The notes under the pieces are model-generated. The model did no database searches, had not been told where the DNA came from, and saw nothing but the letters and a program-made list of their open reading frames with translations. The position numbers and the translations under genes were made by a program. DNA of 64,000 bases from Ignavibacteriota bacterium (lineage in GTDB: Bacteria > Bacteroidota > Ignavibacteria > Palsa-1295), in contig CAWBEI010000002.1 of the NCBI GenBank assembly GCA_963787835.1, positions 1,854,477 through 1,918,476 on the forward strand, in the 5' to 3' direction. Shown here one piece after another: positions 27,452 to 39,351 of this stretch (positions are counted from its first letter, which is position 1; each line of letters begins with the position of its first letter).

Positions 27452-30400
27452 GTGCAGGAGACCGCGAGCGCGACCGAGCGGTACCAGGTGCTTCGCCGGA
27501 TCGGCGCGGGCGGGATGGGTGTGGTCTACGAAGCGGAGGATCGCGAGCGCGGCCAGAAGGTCGCGCTCAAGACGATCGCGAATCCGAACGTCGAGAAGGT
27601 GCGGCTGCTCAAGCGCGAGTTCCGCGAGATCGCCGATCTCAGCCATCCGAACCTCGTCGCGCTCTACGATCTCGTGGTCGACACCGAGTCGTGCTTCTTC
27701 ACGATGGAGCTGCTCGACGGCGTCGATCTGCTCGCGTATCTTTGGAGGCGCTCGCCGGACGGCGATCTCGCGCACGCCGCGACCACGACGAGCGGCGCGC
27801 GACCGGCTCCGGGCGCGGTCGTCGTCGCCGATGGCGAGGCGCCGACCGAGAGCGGCGCGCGCCCGACGCCGTGTCACTTCGATCGCCTGCGCGCGGCGTT
27901 GCCGCAGCTCGCGCGCGGCCTCCACGCGCTGCACGCGGCCGGCAAGATCCATCGCGACATCAAGCCGTCGAACGTGCAGGTCACGAGCGATGGCCGCGCG
28001 GTGCTGCTCGACTTCGGGCTCGTCGCCGAGCTCGAGCGCCGCGACGCGGGCGACGGCATGATCGCCGGCACGATCGCGTACATGGCGCCCGAGCAATGCG
28101 CGGGCGACGTGCGGCTGACGCCGGCCGCCGACTGGTACGCGCTCGGCGTCGTGCTGTTTCACGCGCTCACCGCGCGGCTGCCGTTCGAGGGCGCGCCGGC
28201 GCGCGTGCTGCTCGAGAAGCAGATGCAGAGCGCACCGCGCGCGTCGCGGATCGCGTCGGGCATCCCGGCCGATCTCGACGAGCTGTGCGCCGAGCTGCTC
28301 GAGCGCGAGCCGAACGATCGCCCGACCGGCCCGATGGTCTTGCGCCGGCTCGGCGTCGGTGAAGCGGATGGCGCGCGCGTGCCGGTGCACAGCCTGTCGC
28401 GCGACGGCGGCTTCTCCGGCCGCGATGCCGAGCTCGCGCAGCTCGAGGCGGCGCTCGAGCCGCTGTCGCGCCATCGCGCCGCGGTCGCGGTCGTGCGCGC
28501 GCCGAGCGGCATGGGCAAGACGTCGCTCGTCACGCGCTTCTTCGAGCGCGTGCGCGCGACGCACGACGACGTGCTGCTGCTGCGCGGTCGCTGCCTCGAG
28601 CGCGAGGACGTTCCGTACAAGGCGATCGATCACCTGATCGACGATCTGTCCGACTGGTGGCTCGGCCTGCCGCCGAAAGAGGCGCAGGCGCTGTTGCCGC
28701 GCGACGCGTGCCTGCTGCCGACGCTGTTCCCGGTGCTCGATCGCGTGCCCGCGATCGCCGACGCGCCGCGCACGCGCCAGATCGCCGATCCGCAGGCGCG
28801 GCGCACGAACGCGTTCGATGCGCTGCGCGAGACGCTGCAGCGGCTCGGCGATCGGCGGACGGTCGTGCTGTTCCTCGACGACATGCAGTGGGTCGATCGC
28901 GACACGACCGCGCTGATCACCGATCTCATGCGCGCGCCGGATCCGCCGCCGCTGCTGCTCGTGCTCGCGTCGCGCTCGGACGACACCGCGGTCGTCGAGC
29001 TCGTGAAGCGCATGGACGTCGAGCCGACGTTCGTCGATCTCGGGCCGCTGCCGCACGACGCGGCGATCGCGCTCGCGATGTCGCAGCTCGGCGATACGAA
29101 CGTCGAGGCGGTGCATCGCCTCGTCGCGGAGGCCGACGGCAGCCCGCTGTTCTTGATCGAGCTGACGCGCTATCTGCAGGGCCACTCGCTCGCCGACATC
29201 GCGGGCAAGGGCCTCGATGCGATGCTCGCCGAGCGCATCTCCGGGCTCGGCGACGACGCGCGCTTGCTCGCCGAGATGGTCGCGGTCGCGGGCGAGCCGC
29301 TGACCCGCCGCGTGCTCGGCGCGGCGTCGAACGTGCCGACCGCGGAGCTGTCGCGCCAGCTGCAGCTGCTGCGCGCGCAACGCGTGGTGCGCAGCTCCGG
29401 CTCGCGCGCCGACGACACGATCGAGCCGTATCACGCGCGCATCCGCGTCGCGGTGTCCGCGGCGGTGCCCGCCGAGCGCAAGATGAAGCATCACCGCGCG
29501 ATCGCGACCGCGCTGTCGGGCAAGGGCACCGCGGATCAGCTCGCGCGCCACTGGTACGGCGCGGGCGATCGCGATCATGCCGCGGGTCATGCGCGCCGCG
29601 CCGGCGACGACGCGCGCGCGAAGCTCGACTTCGATCTGTCGTCGCGCTGGTACGCGATCGCGCTCGAGGGCTCGCAGTGGAGCGACGCCGAGCGCCGCGA
29701 GCTCCGCACGCAGCTCGCCGACGCGCTCGCGGATGCCGGCCGCCCGCGCGACGCGGCCGATCAATATCTCGTCGCGACCGAGGGCGCCGATGGCGCGACC
29801 GCGCTCGAGCTGCGCCGGCGCGCGTCCGCGTCGCTGCTGCAATCGGGCTACGTCGCGGAGGGTCTCGAGATGACGCGGCAGGTGCTCGCCGCGGTCGGCC
29901 TCGCGATGGCGAAGACACCGTTGCGCTCGCTGCTGTCGATGCTGCTGCGCCGCGCGTGGCTGCGCGTGCGCGGGCTCGGCTTTCGGCCGCGCGCGCTGTC
30001 GCAGATCAGCCAGGCCGAGCTGACGCGCGTCGACGTGTGCGAGAGCACGTCGTTCGGGCTGCTGCTCGTGGACACGTTCGGCTCGCTGCATTTTGGCACG
30101 CGCTTCCTCCAGGTCGCGCTGCAGCTCGGCGAGACCTGGCGCGTGTCGCGCGCGCTCGCGCTCGAGGCGGATTTTCTCGCGGCCACCGCGAAGCGCGCGC
30201 GCGCGTTGCGTCTGCTCGATCGCCTCGCGGTGATGACCGAGACGCTCGACGCGAAGCCCGCGCAGTCGCAGCTGATCACGACGCGCGCGATGATCGACTT
30301 CTTCCTGCACAACCGGTTTCGCGCCGCGCACACGCAGTTCACCGACGCGATCGCGCGCTATCGCGCGGTCGTCGGGCGCGCGGGCTTCGAGCTCGACACG

Positions 30401-31186
30401 GTGTGCATGTTCCAGTGCTGGTCGCTGTACTACCTCGGCGAGATCGCCGAGCTGTCGCGGCTCGTGCCCGCGATGGCGGAAGCGGCGATGCGCAACGGCA
30501 ACCGCTACACCGCGGTCACGCTGCGCTGCGCGTTCCCGGTCGCGTGGCTCGCGCGCCTCACGCCCGATCAGATCGAGGCCGAGCTCGACGCGGCGCTCGG
30601 CTCGTGGGCGACGCCCGATGGCGCGTATCAGCTGCAGCACATGTTCGCGCTGTGCTCGCGCGTCGATCTCGCGCTCTACATCGGCAAGCCGGAGCTCGTG
30701 ACCGCGCGCATCGCGGAGGAGTGGCCGAAGATCCGGCGCGCGCTGCTCGATCGCGCACCGCTGCAGGCGCTGCTCGTGCGCACGACGCTCGCGCGCCATC
30801 AGCTCGCGCTCGCCGCGGCGGCGCCGGCCGGATCGCCGGTGCGCAAGGCCGCGCTCGCGAGCGTGCGCCGGCACCTGCGCATGCTGCGCAACATCGACAT
30901 GCCGCTGATGACGCCGACCGCGCGCGCGTTCGGCGGCGTCGCGTGCGAGCTCGCGGGCGACGAGGCCGGCGCGATCGCCGCGTATCGCGATGGCATCCCC
31001 GGGCTCGAAGCGAGCGACACGCACCTGTTCGCGAACGCGTTTCGCGATCGCCTCGGCCGGCTCGTCGGCGGCGACGAGGGCCAGGCGTTGCGCGCGACCA
31101 CGCACGCCTGGCTCGTCGCCGAAGGCGTGCGCGATCCCGCCGCGATCCTCAGCATGCTGGTACCCGGCGCGCGAGGCGCCGGCTGA
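27452..31186 (+). CDS. Ser/Thr protein kinase with P-loop ATPase and helical/TPR-like C-terminus
   Basis: [30 protein letters not shown]; Walker A APSGMGKT; Walker [11 protein letters not shown]. Confidence 0.93.
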   Translation: MQETASATERYQVLRRIGAGGMGVVYEAEDRERGQKVALKTIANPNVEKVRLLKREFREIADLSHPNLVALYDLVVDTESCFFTMELLDGVDLLAYLWRRSPDGDLAHAATTTSGARPAPGAVVVADGEAPTESGARPTPCHFDRLRAALPQLARGLHALHAAGKIHRDIKPSNVQVTSDGRAVLLDFGLVAELERRDAGDGMIAGTIAYMAPEQCAGDVRLTPAADWYALGVVLFHALTARLPFEGAPARVLLEKQMQSAPRASRIASGIPADLDELCAELLEREPNDRPTGPMVLRRLGVGEADGARVPVHSLSRDGGFSGRDAELAQLEAALEPLSRHRAAVAVVRAPSGMGKTSLVTRFFERVRATHDDVLLLRGRCLEREDVPYKAIDHLIDDLSDWWLGLPPKEAQALLPRDACLLPTLFPVLDRVPAIADAPRTRQIADPQARRTNAFDALRETLQRLGDRRTVVLFLDDMQWVDRDTTALITDLMRAPDPPPLLLVLASRSDDTAVVELVKRMDVEPTFVDLGPLPHDAAIALAMSQLGDTNVEAVHRLVAEADGSPLFLIELTRYLQGHSLADIAGKGLDAMLAERISGLGDDARLLAEMVAVAGEPLTRRVLGAASNVPTAELSRQLQLLRAQRVVRSSGSRADDTIEPYHARIRVAVSAAVPAERKMKHHRAIATALSGKGTADQLARHWYGAGDRDHAAGHARRAGDDARAKLDFDLSSRWYAIALEGSQWSDAERRELRTQLADALADAGRPRDAADQYLVATEGADGATALELRRRASASLLQSGYVAEGLEMTRQVLAAVGLAMAKTPLRSLLSMLLRRAWLRVRGLGFRPRALSQISQAELTRVDVCESTSFGLLLVDTFGSLHFGTRFLQVALQLGETWRVSRALALEADFLAATAKRARALRLLDRLAVMTETLDAKPAQSQLITTRAMIDFFLHNRFRAAHTQFTDAIARYRAVVGRAGFELDTVCMFQCWSLYYLGEIAELSRLVPAMAEAAMRNGNRYTAVTLRCAFPVAWLARLTPDQIEAELDAALGSWATPDGAYQLQHMFALCSRVDLALYIGKPELVTARIAEEWPKIRRALLDRAPLQALLVRTTLARHQLALAAAAPAGSPVRKAALASVRRHLRMLRNIDMPLMTPTARAFGGVACELAGDEAGAIAAYRDGIPGLEASDTHLFANAFRDRLGRLVGGDEGQALRATTHAWLVAEGVRDPAAILSMLVPGARGAG

Positions 31187-32454
31187 TGCGCGACGCCACC
31201 CAGCCGCTCACCGTGATCGCCGAGCTCGACCGCGATCGCGCGCGCGCGTTGCCCGCGATCCTGCAGACGATCGACGCCGAGCTCGATCAGCGCGACGATC
31301 TTCCCGATACGCACTTCACGCGGCTCGTCATCATCGACGACGCGCGCGCCGAGCTCGCGCCGCTGCTCGCGTGGGAGAGCAACTACGACGGCGCGATGGA
31401 CGACTACCTCGTCGCGATGTTCGCGGCCGTCCCGCGCCTCGACGTCGCGTTCGCGTGCTGCGCCGACTATCCGGGTGCCGCCGATCGCGACGCGTGGCTG
31501 CGCTGGTTTCGCGCGCGCCAGCTGGTGTCGTCGTTCTACACCGGCTATCGCGGCGTCCCGCGGCGTCAGGTCGTCAACGATGCCGCGCTGCACGACGCGT
31601 TGCGCGAGGCGGTCGATCGCGAGCGCCCGACGCTCGGCGGCAAGACGCCGGCGCAGGTCAAGGCGCAGATCGTCGCGTCGGCGCGCGCCGCACATCCCGA
31701 GCTCGACGTCACGCCGCCGCCGTCCGACGAGCCGCGCTGGCGTGCGCTGCGCTGGCTCGCGCTCGCGGGCGTGATCGCGGTGCTGCCGATCCTGCTCGTG
31801 CTCGTCGGCCCGTGGTACCTGCTGCTGCGCCGGCACGAGAACGCGGACGTCCCCGATGTCGATCCACGCCCGGTCTACGACGACAAGGATCACCACGCCG
31901 AAGAAGACGAGGACGGCGTCGCGCAGAACGAGCTCACCCACCTGGTCGACATCAAGCCGGGATGGTTTCGCCTGTTCACCGCGTACCTCGTGCTCACCGC
32001 GATCGATCTCCTCGCCGCGGTCGAGTTCGTCTACGGCAACCTCGGCGGCATCACCGACATCCACTTCGCGCGCTGGGTGATCCTGCTCGATCGCCGCGAT
32101 GGCATTCCGTCCGCGCGCCGCCGCCATCGCCTGCTGTTCTTCTCGAACTACGACGGCAGCTGGGAGAGCTACCTCGGCGAGTTCGTCGATCGCGCGTCGA
32201 GCGGCCTGACCGCGGTGTGGTCGAACACCGACGGCTTCCCGCGCACGAAGAACCTGACCGGCGAAGGCTCGCGCGACGAGGAGGCGTTCAAGAGCTGGGC
32301 GCGCAAGCACCAGGTCCATACCGAGGTGTGGTGGACCGGCGTGCCGACGCAGACCGTGCAGAACGTGCGCGACAACGCCACGCTACGCCTCGGCTGCGCC
32401 CCGACCGCGCCGACCGATGACGACTCGGCAAAAAGCTGGCTGGAGATCCTGTGA
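31186..32454 (+). CDS. DyP-associated hypothetical protein with internal duplication and central TM helix
   Basis: THFTRLVII...WESNYDG..DDYL and IHFARWVIL...FFSNYDGSWESYL; overlaps both neighbours. Confidence 0.75.
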   Translation: MRDATQPLTVIAELDRDRARALPAILQTIDAELDQRDDLPDTHFTRLVIIDDARAELAPLLAWESNYDGAMDDYLVAMFAAVPRLDVAFACCADYPGAADRDAWLRWFRARQLVSSFYTGYRGVPRRQVVNDAALHDALREAVDRERPTLGGKTPAQVKAQIVASARAAHPELDVTPPPSDEPRWRALRWLALAGVIAVLPILLVLVGPWYLLLRRHENADVPDVDPRPVYDDKDHHAEEDEDGVAQNELTHLVDIKPGWFRLFTAYLVLTAIDLLAAVEFVYGNLGGITDIHFARWVILLDRRDGIPSARRRHRLLFFSNYDGSWESYLGEFVDRASSGLTAVWSNTDGFPRTKNLTGEGSRDEEAFKSWARKHQVHTEVWWTGVPTQTVQNVRDNATLRLGCAPTAPTDDDSAKSWLEIL

Positions 32455-33839
32455 CCCACGCGCACACGCCGCATCCGAGCCCCGACGATCTCGCCGACAT
32501 CCAGGGCCTCGTCTACAACGGCTGGAACGATCACGGCTACGCCGCGTTCGTGCTCGGTCGCTTCGGCGCCGACGCCGCGAGGTCGCGCGCGTGGCTCGCC
32601 GCGATGGCGTCGCAGATCACGACCGCCGCGAAGCACCAGCGCCCGCACCACGGCCGCGTCCAGCTCGCGCTCGCGCCGTGCGGGCTCGAAGCGCTCGGCG
32701 TGCCGGACGAGGTGATCGGTGGCTTCGCGCAAGAGGCGACGCAGGGCATGCACGAGCGCGCGCGCATCCTCGGCGACGATCCGCAGGATCAGTGGCAGCT
32801 CGGCGCCGCCGGCGATCGGATCGACGTGCTCGTCATGATCTACGCGCGCAGCGAGCACGCGCGCGCCGAGATGGTCGCGGCTCAACGCGCCGCGCTCGTC
32901 GCCGCCGGTGCCGTGTTGCGCGACGACGAGATCGGCTATCCGCTCGGCCTGCGCGAGCACTTCGGCTTCGCCGATGGGCTGTCGCAGCCGTTCCTGCCCG
33001 GCACGCGCGAGCCGCGGCACAAGGGCGAGACCACGCTGCCCGTCGGCGAGATCCTGCTCGGCTATCCCAACGCGTACGGCGCGATCCCGCACAGCCCGAC
33101 CTGGGACGACTTCGATCTCGGGCGCAACGGCAGCTACCTCGTGTTCCGCAAGCTCGAGCAGCACGTCGACACGCTGTGGAGCTACCTCGCGCGCGAGGCG
33201 GGCAAGCTCGAGCACGATCCGGCCAAGCGCGACGCGATGACCGACTATCTCGGCGCCAAGCTGATGGGGCGCTGGCGCAGCGGCGCCTCGCTCGTGCAAT
33301 CGCCGATGCACGACGATCCGTCGTTCGCCGATCCCGACCGCGTCAACAACTTCGAGTATCTCCCCGAGGACGCGGACGGCGAGCGCTGCCCGATCTCGTC
33401 GCACGTGCGGCGCGCCAACCCGCGCGACGCGCGCGGCGGCGACGCGGGCGAGTCGCGCAAGGTGGTCAACCGCCATCGCATCGTGCGGCGCGGTCGCTCG
33501 TACGGCTCGCCGCTCGCGATCGAGGACGCGAAGGCCGGCCGCAACGACGGCGTGGCGCGCGGCCTGTACTTCGTGTGCTTGCAGGCGAGCATCGCGCGCG
33601 GCTTCGAGTTCATCCAGCAGACCTGGCTGTCGAGCCCCGGCTTCCACGGCCTGCACGGCGAGCCCGATCCGATCATGGGCAACAGCGACGGCGACTGTCC
33701 GTTCACGATCCCGGCGTCGCCGGTGCGCCTGCGCCTGCAGCGGGTGCCGATCGTCGTCACGGTGCGCGGCGGAGGGTATTTTTTCCTGCCGTCGCTGAAG
33801 GCGATCGCACGCATCGCACGCGGCCCCGATCGGGGTTAG
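32451..33839 (+). CDS. Dye-decolorizing (DyP-type) peroxidase
   Basis: EHFGFADGLSQP, NGSYLVFRKLEQ, SHVRRANPR, IVRRGRSYG, GGGYFFLPS. Confidence 0.9.
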   Translation: MTHAHTPHPSPDDLADIQGLVYNGWNDHGYAAFVLGRFGADAARSRAWLAAMASQITTAAKHQRPHHGRVQLALAPCGLEALGVPDEVIGGFAQEATQGMHERARILGDDPQDQWQLGAAGDRIDVLVMIYARSEHARAEMVAAQRAALVAAGAVLRDDEIGYPLGLREHFGFADGLSQPFLPGTREPRHKGETTLPVGEILLGYPNAYGAIPHSPTWDDFDLGRNGSYLVFRKLEQHVDTLWSYLAREAGKLEHDPAKRDAMTDYLGAKLMGRWRSGASLVQSPMHDDPSFADPDRVNNFEYLPEDADGERCPISSHVRRANPRDARGGDAGESRKVVNRHRIVRRGRSYGSPLAIEDAKAGRNDGVARGLYFVCLQASIARGFEFIQQTWLSSPGFHGLHGEPDPIMGNSDGDCPFTIPASPVRLRLQRVPIVVTVRGGGYFFLPSLKAIARIARGPDRG

Positions 33840-33850
33840 GCTTCGCGCGA

Positions 33851-35186
33851 ATGCGTACCTTCGTGCATTACCTCGCGCTCGTCACCGCGCTCACCGCGGC
33901 GACGGCTTGCAACAACGATCCGAGCCCCATCGACCAGCCGCCGGGGCTCTCGATCGTCGCGCACGGTCACGGCTCGGGCACCAACGCGATGACGCCGAAG
34001 CCGCCGGCCGCGCCGGCGATCGATATCGACAGCAAGGACATCCTCGCGCGCACGGAGACCTCGCCGTCGGTCCAGGTCAAGCACGTGCTGATCAGCTGGA
34101 AGGATCTCGCGGCCGCGTATCAGGGCCACATGGATCCGCGCGCGCAGAACCGCACCAACGCCGAGGCCGTCGCGATCGCGCAAGACATCTACAAGAAGCT
34201 GCAGGCGAACCCGGACTCGATCGACGACCTCGCGAACCAGTTCTCCGAGGATCCCGGCTCGAAGACCGGCGAGCCGTACGCGGTCGAGGCGGCGTCGCAG
34301 TTCGTGCCCGAGTTCAAGGCGCTGTCGCTGCGCCTGAAGCTCAAGGAAGTCGGCATCGTCAAGACGTCGTTCGGCTATCACGTCATCGAGCGCGTCGCGC
34401 CGCCGCCGCCGGATCCGCTCGAGTCGGCCGACATCCTCGCGCGCAAGCTCCCCGACTCGCCGGGCGGCGTGACCGTGCAGCACATCTTGATCGGCTGGAA
34501 GGATTCGCCGGCCGCCAAGCAGGGCGGTCGCGTCGATCCGCGCGCGCAGACCCGCACGAAGGCCGAGGCCGACAAGCTCGCGACCGACACGCTCGCGAAG
34601 GTCAAGGGCGGCGAGGACATGGTCAAGCTGATGAAGGAGGTGTCCGAGGATCCGGGCTCCAAGGATACCGGCAAGGCGTACGACATCGCCGCCGACGGCG
34701 AGGGTCCGACCGCGCACTTCGAGTCGCTCGCGATGCGCCTCAACATGGGCGAGGCCGGTCTCGCGAAGACCGCGTACGGCTGGCACGTGATGAAGCGCGT
34801 GCCGCCGCCGCCGCCGGATCCGTTGAACTCGGAGGACATCCTCAAGCGCCCGATCGCCGCCGACAAGGTCAAGGTCAAGCACATCCTGCTCGGCTGGAAG
34901 GAAGTCAACGCGAAGGATCCGGCGCTCGCTGTCCCGCGATCGCGCGACGCTCGAGAAGCTGGTCAAGGACACCGTCGCGAAGCTGCAGGGCGGCGCGAAG
35001 ATTGAGCCGCTGATGGCGGAGCTGTCGGAAGATCCGGGCTCGGCGAAGGACGGCAAGTCCTACGACGTCTCGCCGACCGCGCAGCTCGTGCCGCCGTTCA
35101 AGAACCTGTCGTTGCGGCTCAAGGTCGGCGAGACCGGCGTGGTCAAGTCCGATTTCGGGATCCACATCATCCAGCGCGTGGAGTAA
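33851..35186 (+). CDS. Lipoprotein with three parvulin (PpiC) PPIase domains, frameshift near 34930
   Basis: Lipobox ATAC; three repeats of HILI.WK...SEDPGS...F/YG.HVI/HII. Confidence 0.88.
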
Positions 35187-35995
35187 TGAGCCGGCGAGCA
35201 TCGATCTCGCCGCCCATCTCGCCCGTCAGGAAGCTGATGGCCGAGAAGGCGTTCCGCGTGGTCTATCAGCCGGTCGTCGATCTCGCGACCAAGAAGACGT
35301 TCGCGTTCGAGGCGCTCGTGCGCTCGACGTCTCCGGACTTCAAGAGCCCGCCCGAGCTGTTCGACGCGGCGGTCGCCGACAGCTGCACGGGCGAGCTCGG
35401 GCGCATGATCCGCCAGGCGTCGGTCGAGCAATGCCCCGATCATCGGCTGTTTCTCAACATCCATCCCGCCGAGCTCAACGAGCACTACCTCGTGCAGCCC
35501 GACGATCCGATCTTCCGTCACGACCACGACGTCTATCTCGAGATCACCGAGGGCGTGCCGCTGTCGCACTTCTCGCTGTGCCAGAACATCCTGTCCGAGG
35601 TGCGCGGGCGCGGCGTGTTCCTGGTCGTCGACGATCTCGGCGCGGGTTACTCGAACCTCAAGTACATCGCCGACCTGCAGCCGCGCGTGGTCAAGCTCGA
35701 CCGCGATCTGATCGCCGGCCTGACGACCGACGGCCGCCTGTTCAAGCTCGTGTCGGCGATCGTCGTGCTGTGTCACCAGCTCGACGCGCTCGTCGTCGCG
35801 GAGGGCATCGAGACCGTGACCGAGCTCAACGCGGTGCGCGAGGCCGGCGCGAACTTCGGTCAGGGCTACCTGCTCGCGCGGCCCGCGTTTCCGCCGCCGT
35901 CCGTGACGTTTCCGGATCTGCCGATGCCGAGCGAGCGCCCGACCACGCGGCGCGAGCGCGTGATGACCAAGCGACCGCCGCTGCGCAAGCGGTAG
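35186..35995 (+). CDS. Stand-alone EAL domain c-di-GMP phosphodiesterase
   Basis: YQPVV, FEALVR, FLNI, LEITE, DDLGAGYS, VKLDR, AEGIET, QGYLLARP. Confidence 0.9.
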   Translation: MSRRASISPPISPVRKLMAEKAFRVVYQPVVDLATKKTFAFEALVRSTSPDFKSPPELFDAAVADSCTGELGRMIRQASVEQCPDHRLFLNIHPAELNEHYLVQPDDPIFRHDHDVYLEITEGVPLSHFSLCQNILSEVRGRGVFLVVDDLGAGYSNLKYIADLQPRVVKLDRDLIAGLTTDGRLFKLVSAIVVLCHQLDALVVAEGIETVTELNAVREAGANFGQGYLLARPAFPPPSVTFPDLPMPSERPTTRRERVMTKRPPLRKR

Positions 35996-36002
35996 TGCGC
36001 GC

Positions 36003-36972
36003 ATGAGCATTCGCGCGCTGCTCGACGCGTGCCCCGTCGTGCTCGCGCCGATGGAAGACGTCACCGACGCGCCGTTTCGCGCCGCGTGCCGCAGCGCGGG
36101 CGCCGAGCTGTGCGTGACCGAGTTCGTCGCGGCCGAGCAGCTCGTGGCGCGCGCGGCCCGCGCGAAGCTGCGCGCGAGCATCGCGGGCGAACAGGCGCGG
36201 ACCGCGATCCAGATCTACGGCCCCGATCCGGCGCTGCTCGTCGCCGCGGCGCGCATCGCGGCGGACGCGCGGCCCGCGTTCGTCGACATCAACTGCGGCT
36301 GCTGGGTCCCGCGCATCGTCGCGCGCGGGGCGGGCGCGGCGTGGTTGCGCGATCCGGCGGCGATGGTCGCGATGGCGGGCGCGATTGTGGCCGCGGTCGA
36401 CGTGCCGGTGACGGTCAAGACCCGGATCGGCTGGGGAGGCGGAGCGGGCGGGCGGATGACATGCCGATCGTCGAGCTGTCGCGGCGCCTGGAAGACGCGG
36501 GCGTCGCCGCGATCACCATCCATTGCCGCACCGTGCTCGCGGGCCACAGCGGATCGGCGGATTGGAGCTGGGCGGCACGCGCGCGCGAGGCCGTGACCAT
36601 CCCGGTCATCGTCAACGGCGACGTGCGCAGCGCCGCGGATGGTGCGCGCGCGCTCGCCGAGACCGGGTGTGCCGGCGTGATGATCGGCCGCGCCGCGATC
36701 GCGCATCCGTGGATCTTCCGCGAGGTGCGGGCCGCGATCGCGGCTGCTCGCCGCCGCCGCCGCCGCCCGATGATCGCGAGCGGCTCGCGATGTATCGCGC
36801 GCTAACCGTTGGCAACAGTGCGACGCGCGGAGGCGTCGCGGGTGTCGCAGTGACGCGCCGCCACCTCGGTGTGCTCGGCGCGCTCGGACCGACGCTGCGA
36901 CCGACGCTGTTTCGCGCGCCGACCCTGGCCGGCACGCTCGCGATCCTCGACTCGTCTCACGCGGCGCCGTGA
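36003..36972 (+). CDS. tRNA-dihydrouridine synthase (DusB-like), frameshifted
   Basis: LAPMEDVTD, DINCGC, PVTVKTRIGW, TIHCRT, VNGDV, GVMIGRAA across three frames. Confidence 0.85.
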
Positions 36973-37017
36973 CGATTCGCCGTTGCGTTCGCGCGCGTGG
37001 TTAGCGACGATACGGAC

Positions 37018-37713
37018 ATGAGCAGCGTGCGCGTGTCGGTCCTTTCGGTGGTCGTTGTCGGGTCGTTGATCGGTGTGGCCGCGAGCACCGGGACAGCGCA
37101 CGCCGATGACGACTATTTCCAGCTCCGCTCGGATGCGCCGGTCGCGCCCGCGAGGCATCGCGCGCGCCATCAGGCGTGGTTCGACTTCGGGCTCGTGCGA
37201 TCGCAGATCACGGCGACCACGATCGGCGCGGCGAACACGTCGGACACGATCGTCGCGGACACCGTGCACTTCGGCATCAACTTCAAGCTGACGCCACACT
37301 TCTATCTGGGGTGGCGATACCGACGTCTCGGCACGATCAGCGATGCGGTGGGCTCGCCCGCGGTCGGTGGCCGCAGCTCGAGCGGCACGCAGGTCATGTC
37401 GGTCGACAGTGCCATCCACGGCTCGACCGGCGCGGTGCGCGCGGTCGCGGGCCTGATCACCGGTAGCGGCGGCCTGACCGGTGCCGCCGAGCTCGCGGCG
37501 GGCGCGCGCATCGAGACGACGGATGGCACCAGCTTCGTCGGCGAGCAAGCGCAAGAGGACAAGCTGTTCGAGGCGCGCGGCCGCCTTGCGCTGTGGCTGT
37601 CGCGCGGCATCACGGTCGGCGCGGTCGCCGGCGTCAACATGCTCGATCACCGCGAGGTCGCGATCGGGCTCACGGTCGGCTTGCACATGTACGCCTGGGG
37701 CAACCAGCGCTAG
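37018..37713 (+). CDS. Hypothetical exported beta-strand-rich protein
   Basis: Signal peptide ending TAHA-DD; amphipathic strands. Confidence 0.6.
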   Translation: MSSVRVSVLSVVVVGSLIGVAASTGTAHADDDYFQLRSDAPVAPARHRARHQAWFDFGLVRSQITATTIGAANTSDTIVADTVHFGINFKLTPHFYLGWRYRRLGTISDAVGSPAVGGRSSSGTQVMSVDSAIHGSTGAVRAVAGLITGSGGLTGAAELAAGARIETTDGTSFVGEQAQEDKLFEARGRLALWLSRGITVGAVAGVNMLDHREVAIGLTVGLHMYAWGNQR

Positions 37714-37720
37714 GAGAGGC

Positions 37721-38380
37721 GTGCTGCCGTGGACCACGCTGTCGCGCGTCGAGACGACTTGACGGTCTGCTCGAGCTCAGGCAGCGCGGCCCCCGCGAGC
37801 TGTTGATCGTCATCGACGGCCGCGTGCTGATGACGGCAAGGAGCGCCGCTCCGAGGAGGCCCTCGCCACGCTGGCGTGCGCGCCGCTCGCGACGCAGGCC
37901 GCGCCGCGCGTGCTGATCGGCGGCCTCGGCATGGCGTACACGCTGCGCGCCGCGCTCGATGCGCTACCGGCGACCGCGCGCGTGACGGTCGCCGAGCTCA
38001 CGCCGAGGTCGAGACCTGGTGCCGCGGACCGCTCGCGCTGCTCACCGATGCGGCGGTCGCGGATGCGCGCGTGGCGATCGTGATCGATGACGTCGTCGCG
38101 CGTGATCGCGCGCGCACCCGCGGCCGCCTACGACGCGATCGTGCTCGATCTCTACGAGGGTCCTCACGCCGCGACCCAGCGCGCCGACGATCCGTTCTAC
38201 GGGCCCGCCGCGCTCGCGCGCAGCCGCGCCGCGCTCGCGAACGGCGGCATGCTCGCGGTATGGTCGGAGGAGGCCGACGATGCCTTCGCGCGCCGGTTCA
38301 CGCGCGCCGGCTTCACGGTGTCGACGCACCGCCTCGGCAGCAGCCGCACCCACGTGGTGTACTGCGGCGTGAAGCGCTGA
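37721..38380 (+). CDS. Spermidine synthase-like SAM-binding protein, several indels
   Basis: LELRQRG, VLIGGLGMAYTLRAALD, YDAIVLDLYEGP, LAVWS. Confidence 0.75.
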
Positions 38381-38413
38381 ACGCCTACGCGCTACCGTCA
38401 CACGCTCGCGTCG

Positions 38414-39351
38414 CTACGTCTCGCTGTCGAGGCTCTTCATCGAGTGCGCGTCGTAGCGCGTGCCCGCGATCGCATTCGGCGGGACGAGCGCCTCGAGCGC
38501 GGCGACATCCGCCGCCGACAGCGGATGGGCGAGCGCGGCGAGCGCGTCCGCGAGCTGCGCGAGCGTGCGCGCGCCGATGACCGGCACGAAGCCGGGCTGC
38601 TTCGCGACGACGTACGCGATCGCGACCTGGCCCGGCGTCAGCCGCGCGGGCGGCGCCGAACGTGCGGATCGCGTCGACGATCGGCGCGTTCGTCGCGCGG
38701 TTGTCGGCCGAGAACCGCGGGAAGCGCTGCCGCGGATCGTTCGCCGCGATCTGCGTGCCGCCGAGCAAGCCGCGCGACAGCACGCCGTACAGGGTCGCGC
38801 CGATGCCGAGCTCGCGCAGCAGTCGGAAAGATCTTCGCCTCGGGGCCGCGCGAGATCAGCGCGTACTCGATCTGCAGATCGACGATCGGATGCACCGCGT
38901 GCGCGCGGCGGATCGTGTCGACGCCGACCTCGGACAGGCCGATCTGCTTCACGTAGCCCGCGCGCACCAGCTCGGCGACCGCGCCGATCGTGTCCTCGAT
39001 CGGCACGTTCGGATCGAGCCGCGCCGGGCGATAGATGTCGATGACCTCGGTGCCGAGCCGTTTCAGGCTGTACGCGCAGGAGGTCTTGACCGCCGACGGC
39101 CGCGCGTCGAAGCCGAGCCACGCGCCATCGGGGCCGCGCTGCGCGCCGAACTTGACCGACAGCTGCACGCGATCGCGCCGGCCTTCGATCGCGCGGCGCA
39201 CGAGCATCTCGTTGTGGCCCATGCCGTAGAAATCGCCGGTGTCGAGCAACGTGACGCCGCGCTCGATCGCGGCGTGGATCGCCGCGATGCTCTCGGCGTC
39301 CTGCGTCGGGCCGTACATGCCCGACATGCCCATGCAGCCGAGCGCGATCAC
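38414..39351 (-). CDS. Aldo/keto reductase, frameshifted
   Basis: LGCMGMSGMYG, LDTGDFYGMGHNE, SLKRLGT, IGLSE, LQIEY, IAGTRY. Confidence 0.88.

Noticed and set aside
32417-35005. 862-aa ORF and other apparent N-terminal extensions (9363, 14271, 28657, 42606)
   Set aside because: The upstream parts are off-frame overlaps with neighbouring genes; the real starts are internal
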